DNA of 64,000 nucleotides from Octopus vulgaris (taxonomy: Eukaryota): NCBI GenBank assembly GCA_951406725.2, contig OX597815.1:74152001-74216000 (forward strand), read 5' to 3'. The notes under the pieces were generated by a model that had not been told where the DNA came from, ran no database searches, and worked only from the letters and a program-made list of their open reading frames with translations. This document shows positions 26,841 to 39,828 of the stretch, one piece after another. A program made the translations under genes and the position numbers. The first letter of the stretch is position 1; every line of letters starts with the position of its first letter.

Positions 26841-29800
26841 CCATGTTTTTTTCAGGCTATGCTATTATGCTAATGTGTCAATTAGCAGTATTGTTAATTT
26901 TTTCCTTACTTCAATGATGACGGTGACATATATTAAAAGTCCCCTTACAGAACTATATTCATAAAAAGTATAGAACTATATTATCACCTTCACATTTGAG
27001 AAACAAACAGTCATAACTATCTTCTTTTAAAACTTCATTGCATGTGATGGATACCATGAAATTCCTTGAATTGAGCTCTATCATTTAAGCTTAATTAAAA
27101 TATAGCTTGTTTTTAAAATAAAAAAAAAAGTTAATTGTACTTAAATCCAATTTTTTTGCCTTACTTATTTATTTTTTCATGATATTTTACCTCACAACAT
27201 TTTTGATACACATTATTGTTGCTTAGGAACAAAACTACAAATTTTTTAATGCTTTCTTCTATCATTGAAGCTAAGATAAATGTATTTTGCTTTTAAAATA
27301 AAATAAAAAAAGATCTAAACTTGATTGGAGGCATTACTTACTCTCCTATAACGTTGCTACAAATTCTGATGTAAACTTTTTTCTACTGAATCAAATCTCA
27401 ATTTTTTTATGCTAAAATGTAGCTAGAGACCAGTCCTCTTCAAAAATGGTAACAGTTTTCAATTTGGTTAAGAACTGAATTAGCGATAGGCTCTGAAAGG
27501 TGCTGTGTGTGAGTAAATTGCAACCTTAAGAATATTATTTAACTACTGCTATAGTTGAATGAAAGCTATGGCTAACCAAAGCCTTGTGAGCAGATTTGAT
27601 AGATGAAAACTGAAAGAAGCCTGTGTATATACTTATATATGTGGACCTGACACTGTGTGATAGCTGTAAATGAGACCTACCATCACACAAGCAGTGTCGT
27701 TTGTTTTCGATCTTCTATGAAAACATGTCAGGTCATGGCAAAGTATTACCTTCCCTGGGAACAGGGAGGGCTGGTGATGGGTAGGGATTCCAACTTGAAA
27801 AATCTGCTTCAATGAATTCCATGTAACCCATGTAAGCTTGGAAACAAGGATATTAAAATGATGATGGTGAAGATACAAACCTGCAATTACTCATACACAT
27901 AAGTTTCTCTTCTCTATGCCACACATATTATTCAAAGGAAGAGCTGTTACTTGAAGGTCTGCACACCTTGGCACCAATGTTTTAGCTGAGCATTCTGTTA
28001 GAACAGAAAGGACTGGAAGAGATATAAGTTGTGCTATTGTTCCACTAATCCTCTATCCTGGTTTGGTATTTTTGTGTTCCCAAAAGGATAAAAGGTAAAG
28101 TTGACCATGACTCAATTTGAACTCAACGCTCAGAGAATTACAACAAAACCACAGTTCTCTAACAACTCTCCCAATTCACCTACATTAAATATATTAATAC
28201 TAACTAATGTTTTTTCCATGCATTTAGCATCTAAGAGTAATTTATTCTCTAAACACAGCTTTAGAGATCAAAGGAAAACAGTAAAATCTGAGGAAACTCA
28301 TGATGGTCTATGTCAGTAAATAATAAGTACTAGAGTTCACAAAATGGAATAAATTGCTCCAGATATTCCACTTCAAAGCAATATCTTCAGTGGTGCCTCT
28401 ACAACCTAATGTTATAGGATTTGCTTTAAAAAAAATTTTTTTTCTATCATCATGTCATTTTTGTGTTCAAAATTTTAACATAGTAAATATTCTGTTACTA
28501 ATTATTTAGGTTGTTGATAGATTTATACTTAGTGTAATAAAATAAGATGGACAGGCATTTGTAAATGGCATCAAATCACTTATAGAATAGTATAGATGTA
28601 GGTGTAGTTGTATAGTGAGAAGTTTGCTTTCTAACCACATGGTTTCAAGTTTAGTCTCACTGTGTGGCACTTTTGGCAAAGGTCTTCTACTCTAGTGCCA
28701 GGCTGACCAAAGCTTTGAGTGGATTTGGTAGATGGAGACCGAAAGAAGCCCATCGTGTGCGTTACTGTCTCTATTTCTTGACATGATGTAATAGTTGTAA
28801 ATGAGGTCACTGTTATGCAAGTGGTGTTCTCCATTTCCAATTTTCTGTGGAAAACGTCTCATCTTGGAGTAATATTACTTTGCTTGCAAATTCCACCAAG
28901 GTCGACTTTGCCTTTTTTTCCTTTCAGAGTCGATAAATTAAGTACCAGTTGCATCTTCATAGATTGATATGTAGTAACTCTTTGTAGATGGGTATATATT
29001 CTGCGAGTTCATACTCTAATGTCACAAATAAAAGAGGGGAATCCAAGCTAAGAATGTTGTGTTTTATATAAATGGTTGAATTTTGAACTTGCATTTGAGG
29101 TAGTGCATAAGTGTGTTGCATTGACAGATGCCGTGCTGCATTGTCTCCCAGGCTCTCTTCAAAAGAGGAGGATATATAGTGAGATAAACTATTGCTAACA
29201 TAAGGCTCTCAGCTCCAGTTATTTTTTTTTTGTGTAAAAGGTACTTTGGCTACAATAGATACTTTTCAATATCAATCATTGTATGTAAATGTATATGTAT
29301 AAAACATTGAATTTAAGGAACACAACATTAGAATAATAATAGGAATGTTATAGTAAATATTAGTGACTGAAAATTACTGTAGTTAAATAAAAATGAATAC
29401 CATTTAAAATGCTAGCTAGATATACTTGTGTCTCAAGAGGAAATTGAGAAAATTTATGACCTGTTCAAAATCTGAGACAGTCAGTTTGATGTAGATGCTA
29501 TTTTGTGTGAATTCTGACTGTTTTATTTACCATCTAAATTGCTAGTTGGGTTGTTAGAGTTTTTATAAAATTTTTTTCAAATATCTAACTTAATGAGTGG
29601 CAAAAATATCATCACCAATACCATCATCATCATTGTCATTGTTAACAACCACTTTCCCATGCTTGGAATGTATTGAAGTAAACTTTCTAGGTCTTGATGC
29701 TTGCCCTGTTGGCAACCTTTACCTATTTCCAAGCATGGTAATATTTCTGCATGACCAGACATGTTCCCACCGAAGATTGGAAATGAATGAAATTCTCTTG

Positions 29801-30342
29801 TGGTGGTGATGCCTGTTTACATGTATTGAATAGTATCAAGAAAGACAGACAGACAGACACACACACATACACCCTTCAGTTTTCAGTTACCAGGTCCATG
29901 CACAAGACTTTTGCTGCCCCAAAGCTGTAATGGTGCCTTGCAGTGGGACTGAACCCCAAACCATTTGGTTGGGAAGCAAACTTTTCAACAACACAGCTAT
30001 GCCTGCATCGATATGAAAACATGAAATTGAGATAATATCTAGAAGTTGTTCTTGTGTAGCAAGTGACTTGATTTGAGATTGTGTTGAAACTGAAGGAATA
30101 ATATAGTGAAAGAGTTATTTAATAACACAAATGCAAAGTAAATTTAGCATCTTTATTTCATGAATTGTCAATATTTTCATTGCTCAGCTATGACTTGGCT
30201 GCTGTCAGAACTCCATTGCAGCTCAGTAGAATTGTGTTAGTAAGTAGGTTGCAGTTGTGTGACAAAAATTTTGACACCTCATGAAGTAAAGTTAAAGTGA
30301 AATTTAACAGCTTTTTTTATTAAATGGCTCTTCTTGAAGTTA

Positions 30343-30558
30343 TATCCTTTTACTTGTTTCAGTCATTAGACTTAAGGCCATATTGGGGCATCTCCTGGAA
30401 GAAATTTTGTCAAATGACTTGATCCCAGCACTTTTATTTTTTGTTTTTAAGCCTGGTACTGAACTCTATCAGTCTCTTTTGCTGAACCACTAAGCTATGA
30501 GGATGCAAACACACCAACACTGGTTTCAAGCAGTTGTGAGGGACAAGCATGCATGTAT

Positions 30559-30632
<74 letters not shown>

Positions 30633-30780
30633 CTTTCAGCTTCTGTCTACCAAATCCACTTACAAGTCTTTGGTTGGCCTTAGGCTATAGAAGACACTTG
30701 CCCTAGGTGTCATGCAGTGGTACTGAACCCAGAACCATGTGGTTGGGAAGCAAGCTTCTTACCACACAGCCACTCCTGCG
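30343..30780 (-). mobile_element. Full-length tRNA-derived SINE with internal (CA)n
   Basis: Reverse complement of the 50951-51340 family, from tail cttttacttgtttcagtcatt to head cttaccacacagccactcctgcg. Confidence 0.8.
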
Positions 30781-32147
30781 TTATGTAAATTTTGTTATAA
30801 AATATTAGTGCCATGCAGTGTTGCTTTACTTATCACATGATAGTTTTTATTCATTAAAATTTTTGTTATAAGAGCTCTTTTTTTGGAAACTTAAACAGAT
30901 TAGGAAGAGCATTAAGAAATAAGTTGTAGATTTACAATAAAATACTTCAGTTCTTGAAACATAGCATTAAGCCTTTCAATAGCAGCCTGCATAAGATTAC
31001 CTTATTAAAGTGTTCATATTTAAATTGATAATGGGAAATTTTTATTAAGTACAAGTTGTGTGACAAACAGCAGCTTAATATAACCAATAAATAAAAATAG
31101 TAGTTATTTTATTAAACTCTTCTAAAGTTATTGATTTGAAAACAAATTGAAATACACAGCAATATATTTTTGTTAGTAATATAGTCACAGATGTGTTAAA
31201 AGCAAAAAAAAAAAAAAACCAAAAGGAAAGCAAAGCAAATTGAAAGTGGTACTTATATACTTAAAATTGAATCACCAATGTGATTTTACCAAAATGTTTT
31301 GGATTAAATTACTATTGCTCTTTCTCAGTGCACACACGCACACACACACACAAAGAGGAATGATGTCCTTTTTTTATAGTATTTGAAAAATATTAAATGT
31401 TATTGAAATAGGCACAAACATGGCTGTGTGGTTAAGAGGTTTGCTTTGCAATCACGTGGTTTTAGGTTTAGCTCTTGGGCAAGTGTCTTCTACTATAGCT
31501 CTGAGTTACCACTGTTTTGTGAGTGAATTTGGTTGGCAGAAACTGTCATGTTTGTACCTGTGTCTCCTCACTGCTTGTGTAAACAAACTAACCAGTATTG
31601 GTTTGTTTACATCACCTTGATTTAGCAGTTTGGCAAAAGAGACTGATATAGTAAATATTAGACTTTAAAAAAAAAGCAGGTAGTAGGGTAAATTCGTTAG
31701 ACTAAACACTTAAAGATGGTACTGAAGCATGGCTGTAGCCCAGTGACTGAATTAAGTAACTAAATGAATGAATAACAGAACATTGTTGAAGATAAGATGT
31801 TTTAATCCTTTAGCTTTTAAGCTGGTCATATCAGATCCAAAATATTCTACTTGTTGTTATGTGATCTGGCCAGACTCTCACACATACCTTACACTGTCAT
31901 TCTAGTCTCACTCTGTGGCATCTTGGGTAAATGTCTTTTATAGCCTCAAGCCAACTAACATCTTGTTTGTGAATTTGGTAGACAGAAATTGAAAGATGCC
32001 TCTATGTGTGTGTATGCATGTGTGTAGCCGTAGAAATCATGTCAAATGCAGCTTTCTGGCTTACCAGTTCCAGTCAAACCATCCAATCCATGCCAGTATG
32101 GAAAGCAGACTCTAAATTATTATTATTATTATGATGATGATTATTAT

Positions 32148-32177
<30 letters not shown>

Positions 32178-32178
<1 letters not shown>

Positions 32179-32550
32179 ATGCACAGTTGTGGTTGTGTAG
32201 TAAGAAGTTTGCTTCCCTGCCACATGGTTCTGGGTTCAGTTCCACTCTGTAGCACCTTGGGCAAGTGTCTTCTACTATAGTCTTAGGCCAACCAAAGCTT
32301 TGTGAGTGGACTTTGTAGATGGAAACTGAAAGAAGCCCATCATGTATGTATGTGTCTTTGTATCTGTGTTTGTACTCCCCCCCATCACCACTTGATAACA
32401 GGTGTTGGTTTATTTACATCCCTGTGACTTAGTGGTCTGGCAAAGGAGACCTATAGAATAAGTACCAGGCTTAAGAATAAAAGTACTCTTTTTATGTAGT
32501 GCCCCAGCCTGGCTGCAGTCTAATGATGGAAAGAAGTAAAAGATAAAAGA
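32178..32550 (+). mobile_element. tRNA-derived SINE
   Basis: Same head, body and tail as 50951-51340. Confidence 0.75.
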
Positions 32551-32880
32551 CATATAATGTGCGGGTGTGTATACTCATGTCTTGACATCACATAACAGTT
32601 GTAAGCAAGTGTCACTGTCATACAATGTTGTTCATTTCCAGTCCTTCATGAAAACCTGTCTAGCTGTGAGGAAATATTATCTTGCCTGCAAACAGATGAT
32701 GGTTGATGATAAATTAGGCATCAAGTTGTAGAAAATCTTCTCCAATGAATTCTGTTTGATCCATGCATGGAGGATGGACTTTAAACAATGATAGTGTTTA
32801 TTTATCAAGATTATTGTCATTTAAATTATTAAAAAGAAAAAAAGGAAGAAAAATCCTCTTATCCTAAAAATGATATATAG

Positions 32881-33297
32881 TTAATCCTTTTATGTCTAAT
32901 CCTGATATTTTCCTGTTGAAATGCACTACCTTTGTTTTAATTTATTTTGATAATAATAATGAAAAATTTAGTGCAATAACTGTCCTCCTTAAGCTGTTGT
33001 TTAGAAATAAATTAACACAAAACTTTGAAAGAAGTTTTTAACTTAGATCACTTTAACCCTTCATTCAGATTATTCATTCACATTGATCTATATTAATCAT
33101 GCATTATCTCAGAGCTTAGTGATTGTTTATTTATGGAATTATGGAGTAGGTATGGGAGGTTGCAGTTGGCTGGATTTAACATAAAGCAGGTGGGGATATT
33201 TGACCTGGATATGGTTGCTTTAAATGCTAAAGAGTTAAAAGAACTTTGTCACAGAATCCAGAGGTAGTCTTAGACATGTTGGGATAAAAAAAGTTAA
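32881..33297. mobile_element. Family A TTAA MITE with family B MITE nested at 33053-33238
   Basis: Outer ttaatcctt...aaaagttaa; inner ttaaccctttcattcagatta...aatgctaaagagttaa. Confidence 0.65.
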
Positions 33298-34444
33298 AAG
33301 TTATAGTTCTTCAGCCATTAGGTTTGTTTTAAAATTATTCTTTCATTGATGTTGTTAGTAAAAGAATGATGGTAATCTTACATATCTATAATTTGCTAAA
33401 TATATATATGCATTATTGATTGATTGATTGATTGATGATGTGGTATATTTGGAGACAAAATCATAATTTATTTCTGTGATTTAAGCTGCCTTCCTCTTTG
33501 ATATATTGAATTTGTCTTGTGTTTTTGTTTTTTGATGTAGAGAGCTGAATGCTTGAGTAGCTAGCTAATTTGTTCCCATTTCTCTTATAGCATAAAAAAT
33601 GCTTTCCTTGCTTCTTAAATGTCAATATGGAACTTGTTTTATTTGTTGTTGTTTCTTGTAGACTTATGATTTACTTCATAGTATGACTACCACCATATTG
33701 GTATTTAATCTCTTTTGTAAGACTATTTACATTACACAGTTGGTGGTTGAGAGGAAATAGCAGCAAAGTGGCTTACAATAAAAGAAAAGGGAAAAAAAAA
33801 ACAAACAGTAAAAAAACAAGACAGATCAATGTTAATCATAACAGCTGTCCACCAACTGGAAATTAGAGTACTAAATATAAAAACAAAACAGAACAAGAGC
33901 AAAGATATGCTTTCACCAATTTTGCTATTAGAGTTCTCTCTTGATTAATATCAAAAAGCAACCAATAAAGGCAAACTTTCTTTCTAGGATAATTGCAGTT
34001 TCTTTCCCTTTCTCTCTTCCCCCCCTCTTCAGTGTTTCATGTCTCCATGCACAAAAGCCCACTCATATCTTGGTGGATCAAGTATTTAAGAGAGAAAACT
34101 AATATGATGTAATTATACTGATATCTAGTTTTAGTGATCTGTTGGAGGAGTTTTAACAAAACCTGCCTTTTGATTTATCCTTTCAATTTTTCTCTTTTGT
34201 CTTATAGATTTCTGTTTTCTATTTTCTTTACGATTTTCACTTGAGTCTCTGCATGGATACTAATTCATAGCTTATCTCTGAAGTGTGTCTGTAAGTTGTA
34301 GAATAGAGGGTTTTTTTAATGGAGATGGTGCAGATGAGATAAATGCTGATGATGAATTTTGTGTTAATTAGATTGGTATTTGAGTTAAATTTCACTTGTA
34401 AAAAAAAAGGAAAAAAAAATCACTATGTTGTGTGAGTGTGTGTA

Positions 34445-34503
<59 letters not shown>

Positions 34504-34505
34504 AA

Positions 34506-34760
34506 AAGTTGGCTATAAGAGGCATCAAATGTAGTGTACAAGAGAGAAGACTGCATTGGTATGGCCTTGTGATGCATATAACTGAGGACATGTTCATAAA
34601 AAAGTACTAATCTCTGACTGTGGAGGGAACCTGTGGAAGAGGAAGACCCAGGAAGACATAGGATGAAGTGGTGAGAAATGGTCTTCAGATGTTGAACCTC
34701 ACAGAGATAACAACAAAGGGCCAAGACAACTGTCGATATGCTATACAGGAGCAGACCTGC
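34506..34760 (+). mobile_element. RTE LINE 3' fragment
   Basis: LAIRGIKCSVQERRLHWYGLVMH...VEGTCGRGRPRKT*DEVV matches the RTE RL.W.GHV...GRP..W motif. Confidence 0.8.
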
Positions 34761-34916
34761 TCAGCAAAGTAATATTCATGTTCATGACTCACTCCCCCTG
34801 TGCTTGAAAAGATGATTCTCTCCCTAACAAGGTATTCATGCTCACCATCCTTGTTTTCTCCCTCCCCTCCATTTTCCCTCTCATATCCACCTATCTACCT
34901 GTACATAATGTGTTTT

Positions 34917-36224
34917 TTTTCTGTTTGGCTGCCAAGATTTCAAAAATCAAAGTTTATTGAAAATTTTAAAATTTGGCACATTAATGTAGTTTTCCAAATC
35001 TGAATTGCTGGAGTTATTTCACTTTTTCCAGGGGGGGAAAAAAAAAGTTATAGAGGTATAAAGTGTGATCATTTTCACCCAGTCAGGAAATGGGATTTGG
35101 AAGCTGTCATTTTGTGCGAACATCCTGAAAATAGCACATGTGTTTTTATATGAAACCGTAAACAAATGAATTATGCATGACATATAACCCCTCATAACTG
35201 TTTAGTTTTTTTGGAGTTTTCAGAAAATTTTGGCAAATTTGTATTCTACATGCAGGACTTCATACGATTATGCCAAAAATAAGTTGTGAGGGTGCATGAT
35301 TTAAGGCCTATTTAGCTGTTATTTTTAGCACACCTCACAACCACCCCAATGACAAAAAAAAAAAGGAAACAAGTAAACAAGTATTTTCTAGTTTTAAGCA
35401 TTGAACATGCATTTAATATGATAAACAACACATTACAAATTAAATATTTCTCAAAATAAGTAACTTATAGCACAAACTTCAAAGATTTATCCAAAAACAA
35501 AATAGCACATTACAAATTAAATGTTTTTAAAAAACAAACATCTCAACAATCTTCCCAAGATCAGAGCAAGTCCTCTACACATACTTTCCTAACATAGCTG
35601 TTATAATCAACAGCTGTGCAATGGCTCATCTTCAGTTCTTCAACACAAAACTGTATTAAAGTCAATTCTTTAACCCATGAAAAAAGGAAAAAGCACTACA
35701 AGCCTAAGAGGAAGGGTGCCACCTTAAAACCATATGTCTTTCTTCACTGATTCAGATTCCATGCATCCTTGGTGTGTGCATTACCAATACATATTCCTAC
35801 CATGTTTTCTTGTACTCCTAAAATGCTTCTTCATTTTGCATAATTTTCTTTTGGGTATAATACTTTTTCTTACCAGTATGAAACTGTATCCTCCTCTGGT
35901 GCATGATTTAAGGCCTATTTGGTTGCTATTTTTAGCACATATGACAACCATCTCAATGACTGGAACATATTAGTCAAAATGTGCTTTCTCGCAGACAAAA
36001 AAGTGCTCAGGTTTGGCCTGTTACTACGGAAACAGGCATGTATGTGTCTGTGGCTTACGATCGAATAAAATTACCCCAAATTTTTAAACTTTGATTGCTA
36101 ATAACTCTTTATTTATTGATTTATGGTGAAAATGATTTTCATGGCGTTGATTAGCCTATAAAAGTGTTTCATCACACTGAGTATGAAATCAAACAGAAAT
36201 TGACCTTGGCAGCCAAACAGAAAA
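34917..36224. mobile_element. Non-autonomous DNA transposon, about 1.3 kb
   Basis: Perfect TIRs ttttctgtttggctgccaag / cttggcagccaaacagaaaa; internal direct repeat ggtgcatgatttaaggcctattt at about 35291 and 35898; superfamily not assigned. Confidence 0.7.
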
Positions 36225-37633
36225 GATCTCAATATGCTCCTGTTAAATCGCTTCTCTTACCTCCTCCTTTAGCTTCCACTCTCCTTTTGAAATCTTGTGA
36301 ACTCATCTACCTACTCGCTTATCCCCAGGATGAGGGGAGGGGGAGGGGGCTTCCTTGTTTCTAACATATCTTCACCATTTTTCTCTTCTTTCTCTATCTG
36401 AGGAAGCTATGCCTCTCTTCTAATGTAAGATGCCTTTCTGTTCTTCAATACTACAGTCAGTGGGGATTGTGGTCTTGTCCTGTAAGTTACTTGGAGACTT
36501 CACTGCTGCTGGTACCATGTAAAAAAGCAACCAGTACATTCTGTAAAGTGATTGACATTAGGAAGGATACCCAGCCATTGAAACTGTGCCAAAAACAGAC
36601 AGTAGAGCTTGGCATGGTGTTCTGACTAGCCAATTCCTGTCAAACCATTCTACTCATGGACATTAAATGATGATGTTGATATTCACTTGTTTGGATACCT
36701 ATGTGTATGTGAGCCTATGTGTATTCCATCTATATATTCCATTTGGATACCTATGTATGTTCCATCTTTACAGTTACCATATAAATATCATCTTTGTCTG
36801 CATCTTCATCTTCATTTTTCTTATCTTTTACCCTCATGGTCATTATCTTTGCCTTCATTACCATTGTCATCACCATCATTATGGCCATTTGACTATTCTA
36901 CATGTATTGAATGGGTTATAACTATTTGAGATTCAATGTCATTCCCTTTGTGAGAAACAATATCTTTGTTTTTTTTACATCTGAAATTAGCTTGATTGTA
37001 ATTAGTGATTAATAATCTTGATTAAAAAAAAAGTATCTCATAAATCGCACCGTTGCATTTGAGCAATAAAATGCATCATTGGAGGTGATACTAAACTATG
37101 ATTTGGAGACAGAAACAGGTGTCTAGCCATGTATCTTCTCTATAGTACGACACCTGTTCCTGGTTCTTCATCATACTTTAGCTTCTCAACACCTGGCACA
37201 AAGCTATCTTTCTCAATACTGCCTCCCACTCTGTCAAAGGGTTTTATCTTGAGAGTTTCTTTGTGATTTTACTGGTGTTTGTGCCACAAAAAAAAAAGTA
37301 CTCAATTGCACTCTGTAAATTGGTTGACATTAGGAAGGGCATCCAGCAGTAGAAACCTTGTCAAAGCAGACTCTGGCACTCATCATAGTCATCTGGCTCA
37401 GCAGATTCTTTCAAACCATCTATCCCATGCCAACATGGAATACAGACATTAAATGATGAGACACATGCATGCACACATCATGAAGTAGAAGTGATAGCTA
37501 TTTCAGGTTTACAAAGCCATGTATCTTGCCTTTAGTTGTGACAAATGACTACAGCTACTTTTCAACTCTGTGACCATGGTAGCAGTATTTTTGTTCACTT
37601 AGTGTATGTATATATATATGTATACATACACAT

Positions 37634-37702
<69 letters not shown>

Positions 37703-37874
37703 CACTTTGTAAGGTGGTTGGTGTTAGGAAGGGCATCCAGCTGTAAAAACCATGCCAAAACAGTTAGTGAAACCTAGTGCAGTCTTCTACTTAGTCAGCT
37801 CCTGTCAAACCATCCAACCCATGCCAGCATGGAAAATGGACGTTAAATGATGATGATTTTACACACACACACAC

Positions 37875-37910
<36 letters not shown>

Positions 37911-37913
37911 ACA

Positions 37914-38136
37914 CAATAATCCCTTGACTATCGCAGGTGTTATGCTCCCTTCCCCCCCGTGATATGTGAAAATCTGTGAAGCAGAAACAGTACTGTACTG
38001 TATACTTTTAAAATTATTTTTTATATGTTGTACATATTTATTTTAACATAAATGCAAAACAAAACCATGGAGGAATCAATGCAAGCTTAAACAATAAACC
38101 GCAATAGGTGAATTGCAATATGGCAAGGGATTACTC
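37914..38136. mobile_element. Tigger/pogo-like MITE
   Basis: Ends caataatcccttg / caagggattactc, similar to the TIRs of 58244-58970. Confidence 0.6.
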
Positions 38137-38137
38137 T

Positions 38138-38169
<32 letters not shown>

Positions 38170-38294
38170 CATACATACACATATGCACATACACACACAT
38201 GTGTTATGTTTACTCTTTTTTCTGTGTTGTAAAGCTGCAACAAATTGCATCACACAATGGTTATAATAAATGTATTGTTTTTGTTTATTTGTAG

Positions 38295-38416
38295 CATCTA
38301 TCTGACCCAGCAATACTGCAGGGTTAGCTGCTGTCCAGCCATTTTGTGACATATTGACACCTGAATGTGGAGACTTCAGTTGCTTGCTTGCAGAAATTTG
38401 AAGCAACCGTGACAAG
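38295..38416 (+). other. Candidate non-coding (UTR or lncRNA) exon
   Basis: Acceptor ttgtttatttgtag|, donor aag|gtatgt, unique and more GC-rich sequence; stops in all three frames. Confidence 0.45.
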
Positions 38417-38894
38417 GTATGTGTTACTTTTGCTCTCACTTATTTAAAAAATTCTTTTTGGATATACTTTTTTTTTTTATATTTATCAACAGAATGTGGC
38501 CTTGCTGGGGCACTGCCTTGACGGGTTCAGCAGATTAAACCCCAGTACTTTTTTTTTTTAGTCTCTATTGCTGAACTGGTAAGTTATGGAAATGTAAACA
38601 AACACAGGTTGTCAAGTGGTGGTGGTAGGACAAAGATGCACATTCACACACATACACACACAAACACACACACATTTAATATATACACATGTACCATGGG
38701 CTTTCACATATTTCTGTCCACTAAATTCATTCACAATGCTTTGGTTATCTTGGGTCTATAAGAGAAGATACTTGCTCAAGGTGCAACGCAATGGGTATTA
38801 ACCCGAAACATTGTGGTTGTAAGGCAGATTTCTTAACCACACATCCGTATGCCTGCACCAATGTTTATTTTATTCTATTTGCTTTATTATATTT

Positions 38895-39090
38895 GCCGAC
38901 TGGCAGGAGACCTAGTGGGTTAGGCCAAAAGCAAGACGGTTGGATAATATCCATAGTCTCCGTTGGCCATGCTTAGGAATACATCAAGAAAGTGTAATAT
39001 TAGTTGCTTCTGATAGGACCCCACAGAGGAGGGGTCTGAGGATTCTACCTTAGTTATCCTCCTGGGAATAGTGGGATATATGAATGGATA
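38895..39090 (+). mobile_element. RTE LINE 3' fragment
   Basis: GRRP.G-RPK.R.LDNIHSL...ASDR pattern; second copy at about 46830-47042 with a (ggat)n tail. Confidence 0.6.
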
Positions 39091-39437
39091 TATTTGGTTT
39101 TTAATCAGAAATTTATTACTTTATTACTTTGAGGAAAGTGAATTTTAAAATATGAACACTTAATATTGGTATATCAATTAGTTACTTACAATTAGCTAGG
39201 TACATAGATATTAATAATAGAAAAGCTATTGTGTTTGAAATCATCTTAATTATGAAGGATTACATCTGATTACATTTTGTGCTCTGATTACACAAGTATA
39301 TTGATTGCATTATTTTCTGTTTGCCTTTCTTTAGTTTTATTTTCTTAACCCAAGTTCAAGTACTTTGAGTTCCATATTTGTTAGTTTCTGTCATGATACA
39401 AAGTAATTATTGTCGCAATATAATATTTATTTTTCTG

Positions 39438-39828
39438 AGGCACAGGTATGGGTGTATGGTTAGGTTAAGAAGTTCACTTTGCACCTGCATACTTTTGGGT
39501 TTGGTCCCACTGTGTAGCAACTTTAGCAAGTGTCTTCTGCTATTGCCCTCAGTTGACTAATGCCTTGTGAATGAATTTGGTTTGGTAACTGCATGGAAGC
39601 CATCATATGTGCACACATATGTGTGTGTCTGTGCTTATCCTCACCACTGCTTGACAGTCAGTGTTGGTTTGTTTACTTCCCTGTAACTTAGCAGTTTGGC
39701 GAAAGACACTGATAAGTTAAGTATCAGATTTAAAACTCTCTAAGTACTGGGAGCAATTTGTTTGACTAAAACCATTCAAGGTGATGCCCCAGCATGGCTA
39801 GGGTCCAATGACTGAAACAAGTAAAAGA
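39438..39828 (+). mobile_element. tRNA-derived SINE
   Basis: Same family as 50951-51340. Confidence 0.7.
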